From Octopus sinensis (lineage: Eukaryota): a stretch of 64,000 bases of DNA. The translations under genes and the position numbers were made by a program. Within the stretch, counting starts at the first letter, position 1, and the number at the start of each line of letters is the position of its first letter. Positions 12,004 to 24,232 of the stretch are shown one piece after another. The DNA is taken from NCBI RefSeq assembly GCF_006345805.1, contig NC_043000.1, forward strand, positions 107,446,001-107,510,000, in the 5' to 3' direction. The notes below the pieces were generated by a model. That model searched no databases. It was not told the DNA's origin and saw only the letters and a list, made by a program, of their open reading frames with translations.

Positions 12004-12994
12004 TTTTTCTTGCAGGTAGTGGACTTCGTTTTCCAGTGAATCAATTCATTTTTAGGCTATTTAAAATCAAAATCACCTTTTGTAAAACAAAGAGATTAAT
12101 TTCAGGAACTTTTGGCTGCTATTTCTTGGTTCCAGCAACTGCATAGTGGCTTTAACGTTCACTCATATCTGGAGAAGTTTGCCATCGTTGTGTTGCTAGT
12201 TTAAGCCTAACCTTGTTATTACCTCGTTGAGCTTTGTTATTATTTTGTTACTAATCATTAGATATTGTAATCAACAGTTATGAGATTTTTCTCTTCTCTT
12301 TGATTTTCTTTTCAAAGACCAACCGACTGTTTGTGCAATTACTAATCCATTCCTTTTATCTTCTTCTTTATCATCTTCTGCTTCCCCCCCTCCCCACTCG
12401 ATTTTGCTGTAATAGATCTGTAGTATTAACTCTTCAATTCCTTTCTTTATTTCTTTCGAAAGTGTTCCCTCCATTTCTGCTAATTCCTTCCATTTTGAAA
12501 TTACTTTCGCTAAACACTGCTAAACAGCTTGTTATGTTCACAAAAGCGTTGTTCGTTAAAAACCAAAGCAAAACTCTCATTCTCTGCATTTATTCCTTGT
12601 AACATTCCATTCCTTTTTGTTTAACATGGGACCTCTGTGATGTATTTTTTCGTATGCATGATGTATTTTTTATAGGATCTGTTTCATTTACTCTTCTTTC
12701 ATCCGTGAGAGCTGTTTATTGAATTTAGTATGCGGTGTATGTATGGTGGCGGTGGTGGTAGTAGTGTGTGTGTGTGTGGGTGTTGGTAAGAAGATCTTCT
12801 TATTCCATTAATCTAGCTTTGTTGGTTTTCTTTCTCCGAGGTTATTGGTTTGTGAGAGTGTTTATTTTCATTATTTTTCATTTCCTTCCAAGTAGAATCC
12901 ACTTGTTTTCATAATGATTGTAACAGCTAAGATATATTAACTGGTTTATCTTAGGTAGAGGATTCCGGATTTTTTCTCCTGATTCTCTTTCCTC

Positions 12995-13227
12995 TTTTAC
13001 CTTTCACCCCCCCACACACACACGCACGCACGCACGCACGCACGCAAATATATAAACATATATATGCGTGTGTATACATATATGTATATACACACATACA
13101 AATACACACACAAACACACACACACATATATATATAGTCATATACATACATTTATATGTATGTGTATATATGTACGTATTCATATAGGCATATGTAAATA
13201 TATATCGTACATATATATATACGTATG

Positions 13228-13259
<32 letters not shown>

Positions 13260-13462
13260 CATATATGTAAATATACAATACATACGCATATATACATGTG
13301 TTTATGTGTGTATATATACACACACATACACACATATATGTACATACATATACATATGTATATATATATATATATATATAACGTATGTATATATACATAT
13401 ATATGTATATATATACACATACATATATGTATATATACAACACATACGCATATAAACATATG

Positions 13463-13540
<78 letters not shown>

Positions 13541-13735
13541 CACACACATATATGTACACACATATACATGTGTGTGTGTTTATATATATATATATATACA
13601 TATACATGTATATATATATATATATAATATATATATATATATATACACACACATATATATATACCTATATGTTCATACATATACATATATAAATAAATAT
13701 ATACAGTCATACACACACATATTGTTAAGACAAAA
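12995..13735. repeat. ~740-bp compound (TA)n/(CA)n microsatellite
   Basis: Directly visible. Confidence 0.95.
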
Positions 13736-14286
13736 CCAGCTTTTGTTTCCATTACGTTTTCATTGATAATTTTTATATTCTCTCTAACATTTTTTCCTTT
13801 TTTTATTTTTACAAATATCTTATCAATATCTGCTTTGTAGCATCTCTCATCTATCAGTTCTTTTGTATCTTCTGAAGTATTTCTGGCGTTGATTGCCAAA
13901 AACGCTTGTTTCCTTTTGCTTCTGTTTATGATCTTGATTCTATTATATTTGTTGTTAAATAATACGTTTCTTCTGTTCATGACAAACAAACTCAGTGATT
14001 ATTTTTACGCTCTTTGCTTTAGTTATTATCCACGTTTTCATTTCTCGCTCTCTATTGCCGTATTTTGCCATAGGGTTCGTACGTGCATATATTCTCCAAT
14101 ATACACTAATATCTTCGCGTCTGAGATTATTCGGCATTTTGATTTTATGATCTTTTATTAGCTTCGGTATAAAGTTAATCCATTTTGCATGGCGCATAAT
14201 ACGCGTGTTGTTTGAAAACACATTCATCATTATGCTTATTTCTTTCTTTCAAATTTACCGGTGCACGGACTTTTATTTTTTAAGCT

Positions 14287-14682
14287 TTATCAGTTTCAGT
14301 CGTTAGACTGTGGTCATGCTGGGGCACCGCCTTAAATGATTTTAATCGAATGAATAGGTCCCAGTACTTATTTTTTTAAAGCCTGGTACTTATTCTATGT
14401 TTTTTTTTTCCAAACCGCTAAGTTACGGGGACGTAAACACACCACACTGGTTGACAAGTGGTAGTAGTGGGACAAACACAGACACAGACACACACATATC
14501 TATATACATACATATATACACGACGGGCTTCTTTCAGTTTCCGTCTACCAAATCCGCTCAGAAGGATTTGGTCGGCCCGGGGCTATAATAGAAGACTCTT
14601 TCCCAAGTTACCACACTGTGGGACTGAACACAGAACCATGTGACTGAGAAGCAAGCTTCTTACCACAGCCACTTCTGCGTCT
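14287..14682 (-). mobile_element. Family-A SINE variant
   Basis: Colinear with family A, including the tail ggcggtgccccagcatgaccacagtc. Confidence 0.85.
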
Positions 14683-15028
14683 ATGGGAATAAACGATTAG
14701 TCTTCAGTTTACAGTGGTCCCTATTTGGCTAATTACCAATCCATATTTCTGTCCTTTTCTTCATCAGCTCTCTTCTAGTGTCTTTTGACACTTAAAAAGA
14801 GAAAACTGTTGTTTGTCGAGTGTTTATTTATTATAATCATTGTATTAATGAATGTTATATTTGTATTACACAACTTTTATTTCATTTGAGCTATTCGACT
14901 TGTAAAAATGCCATTTTTACTATGGTTTGCCATGGAGAAAAAAAATTCCATTTAGGCTAAAGTTATAAAGCATCAGAGACATTTCTGAGTACCGTTTGTG
15001 GAGCAATATATGTATTCCAATCTCTTTA

Positions 15029-15225
15029 CGTTTGTCTGTCCTTGTTTGTCCTCTCTGTGTTTAGCCCCTTGTGGGTAGTAAACAAATAGGTATTTCGTCT
15101 GCCGCTACCTTCTGAGTTCAAATTCCGCCGAGGTCGACTTTGCCTTTCAGCCTTTCCGGGTCGATTAAATAAGTACTAGTTACGCACTGGGGTCGATATA
15201 ATCGACTTAATCCGTTTGTCTGTCC
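15029..15225 (+). mobile_element. Headless, circularly permuted 184-bp family-B unit flanked by an 86-bp direct duplication
   Basis: Begins and ends with cgtttgtctgtcc (15029 and 15213). Flank 14947-15032 is repeated at 15223-15308. Confidence 0.85.
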
Positions 15226-15479
15226 ATTTAGGCTAAAGTTATAAAGCATCAGAGACATTTCTGAGTACCGTTTGTGGAGCAATATATGTATTTCAATCTC
15301 TTTACGTTCTCATCAGTATCAGATACCAATCGAGACAACTCCGAAATGATGGAAGCATTCGCTTCCTTATAAGAAATCAAGAGAAAAATTCGAACAAAAC
15401 CCCCTGCAGTCGACAGACAGTTACAAGCCGCTGGTTGGCACGCGAAAGAACATTGTGAAGTAAACAAACTTTAAGATCA

Positions 15480-15780
15480 CTTCAAATATATCTGACCTCG
15501 AAAACGGCTACCTTCGCAAAAATACAACTGCTACTGAGCTGTTGGAGAAGATGACTATTGATAACGGTGTCCATTTTCTTTAAGATACTGGAAGTGAGAG
15601 AAACAGGTCGATAGTGAGAATGGTAAAAGTAGAACGAGACAAATGGAGGGAAAGGGTTAGGGATGTTTTGCCATGTGTACGGAAATATCTCGAAGATGTA
15701 CTGTTTAAGTAGAATGGAAGGGACATTTTCAAGACTGTTAAGCATGATGGTTCGAAGAAATCAGTGATATACATGCATCC
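15480..15780 (-). mobile_element. Decayed CR1/Jockey-like LINE RT N-terminal fragment
   Basis: YRPVSLTSSILKKMDTVINSHLLQQL matches the conserved NYRPISLTS..K..E motif. Confidence 0.7.
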
Positions 15781-15782
15781 TG

Positions 15783-15813
<31 letters not shown>

Positions 15814-15834
15814 TATATATATCTATATATATTT

Positions 15835-16270
15835 CTCTGTCTAGTTTCAGTTCAGAGTTGCGGCCATGTTGTTGCACCGCCGTTTTGCTACACTGTTATT
15901 ACTAAGAGCCTCCTCTAATATGTGGTACTTAGTGAAGAATGGAGTTTGATATAGCTACCCTCATTCGCACCTCTTGCCGTGAGGTAAGTTTATCTGGGAT
16001 TCTCGACAGGAAGAGGTCCAGCTTTGATTTAAAAACCCCTACAATTACTTTGTGCAAGTTCCTCAACTCTTTGGGAGATATTAAAAAGCTGTGGCCCTTG
16101 AAACCCAGGCTGTTGCAGTAACTGGTCCTGAAGCTTGATGGTATTGCTGGGACCTTTGGCACTATGCAGTGTCCTTCCGTTCTGGTATTGGTGTAGCTTT
16201 CAATGCCAAAATTTGGCACAATTCCTTCCAGGATCTTCCAGATATATATTACTGCATACCTCTCCCGTCT
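15835..16270 (-). mobile_element. CR1-like LINE 3' end
   Basis: RRERYAVIYIWKILEGIVPNFGIESY...FKSKLDLFLSRIPD, then the 3' tail ggcggtgcaacaacatggccgcaactctgaactgaaactaga. Homologous to the 58775-59762 copy. Confidence 0.85.
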
Positions 16271-16660
16271 TCTGTCCTTGTTTGTCCTCTCTGTGTTTAG
16301 CCCCTTGTGGGTAGTAAAGAAATAGGTATTTCGTCTGCCGCTACCTTCTGAGTTCAAATTCCGCCGAGGTCGACTTTGCCTTTCAGCCTTTCGGTCTCGA
16401 TTAAATAAGTACTAGTTACGCACTGGGGTCGATATAATCGACTTAATACGTTTGTCTGTCCTTGTTTGTCCTCTCTGTGTTTAGCCCCTTGTGGGTAGTA
16501 AAGAAATAGGTATTTCGTCTGCCGTTACGTTCTAAGTTCAAATTCTGCCGAGGTCGCCTTTGCCTTACATCCTTTCGGGGTCGATAGATTAAGTACCAGT
16601 TACGTACTGGAGTTGATCAAATTGACTGGCTCCCCCCTCCCCCAAAATTTCGGGTCTTGA
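16271..16660 (+). mobile_element. Headless family-B tandem array (period 184 bp) ending in the older tail type
   Basis: tctgtccttg occurs at 16271 and 16455. The array ends cccccaaaatttcgggtcttg and abuts the CR1-like fragment. Confidence 0.85.
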
Positions 16661-16929
16661 GTTGAAAAGTATAATTGTGCACACAGGTTAACTATATTCA
16701 TTTCGCTGTTTCAGTTTCTTATCTGCTTTTCATTGTTTCCTGTCATTATTGACACTATCTTTCAAAGGCATACTCAATAGTAATCGCTGCATGCATATAT
16801 TTGCAAAATTTTGCATATTTTATTTCCTCTATTTCGAGAAGTTAGGTTGTACTGTTTGCCGTATATAACAATGCAAAGGGCATTGAGGAAATTATAATGG
16901 AAGAAATCTTAGAATTTCAATGAAAACAA

Positions 16930-17300
16930 TATCATCATTTCAATTACCACAGAAACAAAATGACTTGACTTGGTATTTCTTCAACAGCCATGATATAAGG
17001 CCCTGGGAGGACAAACTTGGAATATCTCATCAACTGAAGAAAGCCAAATATCGGATTCTGCTGACGAGACTCTTGCCAAAGGAAGGCATGCAGCCTTATT
17101 CTCTACAGAAGTCGGCTGCCGCGCTTTCCAATTAAGATCAGTGCATTATTTTCCTGAAGAAGATTGGTTTGGAATCGAAACAACTGAAGAAAACCAGCAC
17201 GGAGATAGCCATGACAGTTGAAATCAGTTCATGTTGATTGTTGCTGATTGACTGGTGATCACAAATGAAAACCTTCTGCAAGGAAAGGCTAATCTATGCC
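16930..17300 (+). mobile_element. Remnant of a restriction-like-endonuclease (RLE) non-LTR retrotransposon C-terminus (Hero/NeSL/R2-type)
   Basis: Across two frameshifts: PWEDKLGISHQLKKAKY / SDSADETLAKGRHAALFSTEVGCRAF / LKKIGLESKQLKKTSTEIAMTVEISSC. This matches the VPWE..KxxKY..EVGCRG signature. Confidence 0.7.
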
Positions 17301-18583
17301 TCTCTGCATCACTGAAGCGAATCATAAAATGTAAGATACGAAACGCATGTAGGCTTCAGAAACCTGCAAAAGATACGAAAGTGTTTCCAACACCACACTA
17401 ACTTTAATCACCATCAGGACAAAGCAACACTGATGTTTATTTCATCAAGGCAATATTCTACCATGTGAATTTAATAATTTAATAATGATATATATATATA
17501 CATTTACCAGGGTTTGATTTAATTGCACAAAATATTGTTTGTGTTTACCAGAGAATGTGCGCAACCCTCATAGTATGCACTTATAAAATAAATTTTGCAT
17601 TTCATACGTGTTAATATAGGTAATAATGTACATCTAACAGCTCAGGGAAATATTAAAGAAATAACTTGTGGTAAATAATTAAAAAAAATATTGGATAAAA
17701 GTAGTACAATTTAATGGAGAATACATGGCAATTAAATTCAACGACATAACACAAAATCCCTTTGGCTTCGATCGGTAATACTATCGTGTGTACGTGTCTA
17801 TGCATACATGCATTTACAGACACATATTATTCGTGTGTATTTAAGTATGCATGAAAGTCTGTGTACGTATACATGTATGTATGTATGCTTATCAACAAGG
17901 AGAATGGAAAGAGAAATTCGTTTTATTATATAATTTTACAATTGTTTCATCAATATTTTATCAGAAGAGTATTACTATATTCTTTTTATTATATGATATG
18001 TCTAAAAATGCATTACATCAGTATTATTACACTACATCGCAAAAATATCGACTCATCAGTATTACGTATAAAATCTATTTGCTGGATGAACTAGGATGGG
18101 TATATTGTGGTATAACCCTGTATTCATACTTCAAATATCATCTGAAATTCTGTGAACTTTTTTCAGTGCATTGGATTAACACTTCCCAAAACCTAATAAA
18201 TATCACAAAATCTTAAACTGACACACAGTGAAGCTATTGTATGCAACACCAAACAACTTTGGATACTATATATCTAAACTTAATAATAGGAAATTAATCA
18301 GGAAAAATAATAATATCAACAATAAGTTTAGTAGTAATAAGAGTAGTGATACCAACCAAAGACAAGTCAAATTGGTAGGCAATAATCATGACATAAATAG
18401 TAACAATACTGTTATTGGTGGTGAAAAAGTAACGATTCACCTTCAAAGTTAAAACTACCGCCGGCAGATAATATATTATTTACAAATACACAAATATAGA
18501 CATGCACATATACGCACCCGTATAAAAGTGCATAGACACAGACATTTACGAATATAAGTACACGCATATATACACGCACATAC

Positions 18584-18650
<67 letters not shown>

Positions 18651-18670
18651 ATAAATATAGTACACACATA

Positions 18671-19010
18671 GTCAAAGAAATCGATCCCAGGACATTCTTT
18701 GTAAACCTAGTACTTATTCTATCGGTCACTTTTGCTGAACCGCTAAATTACGGGGACATAAACACACCAACATCGGTTGTGAAGCGATGGTGGGGACAAA
18801 CACTGACACAAAGACACATACACATACACACACACACATAAATATATATACATACACGATGGGCTTCTTTCAGTTTCTGCCTGCCAAGTCCGGACATGAG
18901 GCTTTGATCGGCCTGAGGCTATAGAAAAAGACACCTACCCAACGTGCCACGCAGTGCAACTGAACCCAGAACCATGTGGTTAAGAAGCAAGCTTCTTACC
19001 ACACAGCCAC
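18671..19010 (-). mobile_element. Family-A SINE lacking its 3' tail
   Basis: Head, CORE-like segment and microsatellite are colinear with family A. Confidence 0.8.
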
Positions 19011-20069
19011 GTCTAACTTGTTTATTTTTTGATATTATATACATATAATACATAGGCACGCACGGACACACACAGACACTCACATCTATCCACACCCACA
19101 TATACACAGACATAGACAAACACAACACACACGCACACACACAACACACATGAACACACACACACACACACAAAATGATATGTGAATTTGGTTTTTATTC
19201 TCTGGACATTATAAATGTCCTGATGTATTTATAACTAAAGAAACATTGTAACAAAGAAATAACTCTGTTTTATCTATCCAGAAAATGTTTGTGTCTTCGT
19301 ATCCGAGAGAAATAGAAGAGCATATCAGATGATTCTGGTAAAAGTTCACTCTTATCTAAACGCTGGCGAAAATGTTTGACCATTAACTCTAGATAACAGA
19401 CAGCAATATCATATTACATAGAGATGGAATTGTGCATCCAGCTTCCTTAACAACATCAGAACACACGCGGGCTATTGATACGAGACGCATGGTTATGGAA
19501 ACAGAAAAATCCCTTATCTTCTATTTCATCTCTCATTTATATGCTCATTTGTTATCTATTTTTTCCTTCTTTTGTTCTCCGATTCATCCTATTTCTTGAC
19601 CAGTTAATTTGAATTCATGATTTATTATGCACTCGTTTTTTGCTTATAGTATGATGATATGCTAATGAAGTGATAAGAACGTCTTGGACGAAAGGTATAT
19701 GTTCTTGAAAATACGAGTTCTCCCAGCAAATTAATGAATATTTTTGTGATATTACTATACTAATGTTGATGAAAACTCCATTCTCCGTGCACTACAAAAG
19801 ATAACCTTGATGGGCACAGCTAATGTACAGAGGAAAGCACTCTCCATCTAAAATGGAATAAATGTGCTGATAATTTTAGTATGGATATCAAATCAAAAGC
19901 GCCCTGCTGCTCTTGGCTTCCAGAGGATGCCCGTACTAAGGCAGCTGAAGTAAAGTCATAATGAAAAGAAACAACAACAACAACAACAACAGCAACAGCA
20001 ACAACAGCAACAACAGCAACAGCAACAAGAATAATAATGATAATAATAATAATAATAAATGCACTGATG

Positions 20070-20415
20070 CAGTACCTGTCAGTGGCTCTCATGGCTTCTG
20101 ATCTCAACTGATTGGAAGTGCTATCATGTACACGATTTGTCTTGGTATAAAAGATGGGCTACAGCAAATATTCTGTTCAATACCACAGATTTGCTTGTCA
20201 GTTGTTTGATCTTAACCAGTTGAGCATGTCCCTTAGTGACTGGCAATATATGCATCTCTGATCACGAACAAAAGTAGTGGGGAGAACATCATAGCTATGT
20301 GTTGAGAAGAATTCTTTAGGGTTTGAATAGTTCACCTCTGGACACATGAGTGGTTCATTCAACATCCTTAAACAACCATTATTCAGGAAACTTTTGAGTG
20401 AGATAGACTACTCTG
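20070..20415 (-). mobile_element. Dispersed repeat family C, a probable retroposon 3' part with a (TAT)n-type tail
   Basis: Reverse complement of the copies at 22490-22855 and 27270-27800; all three end at triplet-repeat tracts. Confidence 0.75.
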
Positions 20416-21492
20416 ATAGCCGGTACTGTGGACGGCTTAATAAAACAGAAATTAATTAAAAAAATCCAAATGATATTGATATACATTTGTGACGTACATA
20501 TTCTTCACATAAACGGGATTCCGGGACAGATATATATTATCCTGCTGTTATAAGTGGTTTACGAACCTGGAATTTCGTTCTGTGCACTTCAATGCAAGGT
20601 ACGGAATACTCGGCTGTCGTGTCTCTTGCTTATTGTTGAATATTATGAACGATTTCTGTTTAATACTTATATGTGATAGCCGGTACCTCTGGACGGGCTT
20701 AATAAAACAAACTCTAAAGTTAAAAGACAAATGAAATTTACACACGTACACACACACACATACGCGCAGACACACACCACACACACACACACACCACACA
20801 GAGATAATTATTATTTGGCTGTAAAGCCTAGAACTTTCTTCTGTGCACTACAATGCAATGCACGAAACTCCCGGCTATCGTGTCTCTAACGTACAGTTGA
20901 GTATATATAGTGAGTGATAAGGATGTTCTTTTCGAATGATGAGCTATAAAAAAAAATCAGTTATGTACTGGGGTAGATGGTATCGGCTAGCATCCTACTT
21001 TCTTAATTACTGGCATTATGCCTAAATTTCAAAGCATTAATAAAATTTGGTAAACTGTTGAAATCGTATCGTTAAAATCAAATCTAATCAATATTAACTT
21101 TGCCTGTGGGATCGATAAGATAACTTACCAGTCATGTAATGTGGTCAATGGTTTTGACTTATCATCTCCCCTCAAAATTACTGGCTTTGTTCCTAAATTA
21201 GAGAACACTAACTGAAATTCTACTCCTTTATATAGAGAGAGGAAGAGTAAGAGGAAGAGAGAGAGAGAGAGAACAGGTGAAAGAGAGAGGGAGAGAGAGC
21301 AGTTTAGTATCTATGATTTTCGTGTCCAACTAAAATAAATAAATAAAAATACAATTGAGGAAAGGAAACTAATAATTTAATAATATTTATAAAACTATAT
21401 AATACAAAAATAATGAAATTTCTTTTCTCATGTGGACACATCAAAAAGACAATAAATAAAATTAATTAAGTTGAAAAATAAATATTAAAAAG

Positions 21493-21561
<69 letters not shown>

Positions 21562-21967
21562 AATGAATAAAATTCAGAAATGTAAAAGAATAATAATATA
21601 TTTTTTGTCATTGAAACAAATTTATTAATAATAAAAATAATTGTCTGAGCGTTTCATTAAATTTACATCTGCCTTCCAGATATTTGATTTACCAAGCGAA
21701 TATTCAATACAGTTGTGATTAAAGGGTGATGGAGGGAAATAACTTAATATTCGATATTTTGATCACGGTTGACTTTATAACTGTGAATGTTGCTGTTTAA
21801 CGATCGGCACATTTTGTTTGATCTGTTTAACAAATACCCAAATACCTTCTGTTAGCCAAGTTTCACTACATTTCTATAATCGATGGAATGCAGCCAAAAC
21901 TACGTTGTGGTTCCTGTTTACGACTCTTTAAAATCTTGTCAATGTTTAACATTCCTTCCTTCCTTCC

Positions 21968-22253
21968 TTCCTTCTCGAGCCACGCCTGGCTCACAATGGC
22001 CGGTTTCCCGGTTTCCTTGGCGTATAGGTTCCTCACCTGGACGGGACGCCAGTCCGTCGCAGGTGAGCTGCAAGATGCAGGAGGTAAGAGTGAGAGAAAG
22101 TTGTGGCGAAAGAGTCAGCAGAAGTTGGCCATTACCTTCTGCCGGAGCCAGGTGTTTCGCTCATAAACACATACATCGCCCGGTCTGAGATTCGAACCCT
22201 CGATCCCTCGACCGTGAGTCAGCTGCTCTAACCACTAGGCTATGTGCCTCCAC
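21968..22253 (-). mobile_element. tRNA-derived SINE family D with a V-domain-like core
   Basis: tRNA-like head gcctagtggttagagc...ggttcgaatc, followed by gcgacggactggcgtcccgtccagg, which resembles the V-SINE domain as I recall it. Confidence 0.8.
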
Positions 22254-22489
22254 AATGTTTAACATTGCACAATGTAGTATTAGTTTTAGTATTAGCATTA
22301 GTTTCTCTAACTGTTAGAGAAACTGACCGGATGGTTACGGATTATATGTCTCCGAACATGGGAGGGAAGTCGACGGTAATGACTCTTTCATAAAACTTGC
22401 TGGCCTTCGTCGTTTTTGCTTTTCATCACTTCGGAGTTGATACATTAAGGGCTAGTCCAGCAACGGGGTCGATATAATCGCTTGATATA

Positions 22490-22855
22490 ACCGCTAAAAA
22501 TGTCACTGGATAAGGGTTGTTTAAGGATGATGAAGGAAACACCCATGTTTCCAGAGATGAATTATTGAAACTCCAAAGAATACCTCTCAACACATGGCTA
22601 TGATGCTCCCCCACAACTTCTCGTGATTAGAGATACATATATCGTCAGCAACTAAGGGACATGCACATCTGGTTAAGGTCAAACAACTGACAAGCAAATT
22701 GCTTGTCAGTTGTACTGACAAGCAGTTTACTTGTCAGTTCTGTTGTGGTATTGAGCAGAATATTTGTTGTAGTTCATCTTTTACACCAAGACAAAAACAT
22801 GTACATGATAACGCTTCCAATCAGTTAAGATTAGAAGCCACCAGGGCCATTGTTA

Positions 22856-22915
<60 letters not shown>

Positions 22916-22932
22916 CATTATTATTATTATTA
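22490..22932 (+). mobile_element. Family-C repeat with (TAT)n tail
   Basis: Homologous to the 20070 and 27270 copies. Confidence 0.75.
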
Positions 22933-22934
22933 TT

Positions 22935-23135
22935 CAGGCGGCCAGCTGGTAGAATCATTAGCACGCCGGGCTAAATACCGTCTTCACGTTGTGAGTTCAA
23001 ATTCTACCGAAGATGACTTTGACATTCATCCTTTCACGGTTGATAAAATAAGTACCAGTTGCGCACTAGGCTTGATGTATTCGACTAACCCACTTCCCTC
23101 TTGAAGCAGTGGCCTTATGCCAAACTTTAAAACCA
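22935..23135 (+). mobile_element. Degenerate family-B SINE (older tail type)
   Basis: Head ggcggccagctggtagaatcattagcacgccggg and the shared central domain. Confidence 0.75.
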
Positions 23136-24144
23136 TTATCTGTCGTTTAGCTTTATGTCTTTTTAAAAATTTATCATTAGTTACAACGACTGCGGAGAAA
23201 TCTTTTGATTAGATTTTTAAAGGACAGTGTAACAGACGATGTTTGTTTAAGAAGATATTTAATTACCATATTACGGTATTTCATCATGTGAATAATACTG
23301 CAAAAAATGATCCAAGAAAAACATTGGCAGAGCGTGGGTTATTTTTTGACATCACTAAGACGATAAATAAGTATACTACGACAAAATTGTCACCATAAAT
23401 ATATAAGAAAATATATCTCTTAGTTTTACTAAGATTTGCATGACACACAATCTTAAAAATTATACTTACTGAGCATTCGTACATTATTAAAGAATCGCGA
23501 AAAATGCCTTGTGGCATTTTGGATCTTTACGTTCTAAGTGCAAGTCTTGTCGAGACCATCTTTCCTTGATATCCCGCATATCACTCCATGGTTGGCTAAA
23601 GTACCACTTGAGCCCTGGGATGGGTGTAGTCAATTAACCCTACCATTTAAAATTTCTAGCCACATACCTAATAGCTATCTATGTATCAAACTTAATGTAA
23701 ATATAACATTAGAAGCAGATATGGTATCTCTGGGCGAATACCGCAGTAAATTGCCTTTTAACGATGTATTTACATCGAGTGAGGCGCATAGATCATTATT
23801 CCAATTTAATAATTCTTCTATTTAATATGACTGATTTTCATTTCATTTAGCTCGGCGGTTATTCATAGTCCAAGTGAATGTTTTTCTGTTTTCCCCTGTT
23901 TTGTATATATCGAAGGTGAGAAATCTCGTATAAGCGTTTGCTAGGCTGAGACTATACGACGTTGATGAAATCCTACGAGGCCGAAATGTATCTAGTGTTC
24001 TCGATAGATGCTGATGCGACGATTCTCGTCTCTTCAATATATTGTGCTTTTAAACAACATTGCCATAACAACTGCTTTTCAACGATCTATCTGTCATGTA
24101 TATGTTTACACACAGACACATACACTCAGACACACGGACACACA

Positions 24145-24229
<85 letters not shown>

Positions 24230-24232
<3 letters not shown>

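Noticed and set aside
8444-16660. Regularly repeated ~184-bp units as a CRISPR-like array or a hammerhead retrozyme
   Set aside because: There are no unique spacers and the context is eukaryotic. I found no CUGANGA/GAAA core on either strand of the unit.
21640-21880. Minus-strand exon candidates with AG/GT boundaries
   Set aside because: The translation shows SETWL-like and GDFN-like remnants, so it is more likely a decayed LINE endonuclease than host exons.
22180-22253. tRNA-like sequence with A and B boxes
   Set aside because: It continues directly into a SINE body shared with other copies, so it is a SINE head rather than a tRNA gene. The same applies to the other tRNA-like heads.
23965-24000. 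ttgatga..cctacgagg..gaaatgta hammerhead-like motif
   Set aside because: The core is mutated and I could find no stem I pairing; too weak to call.
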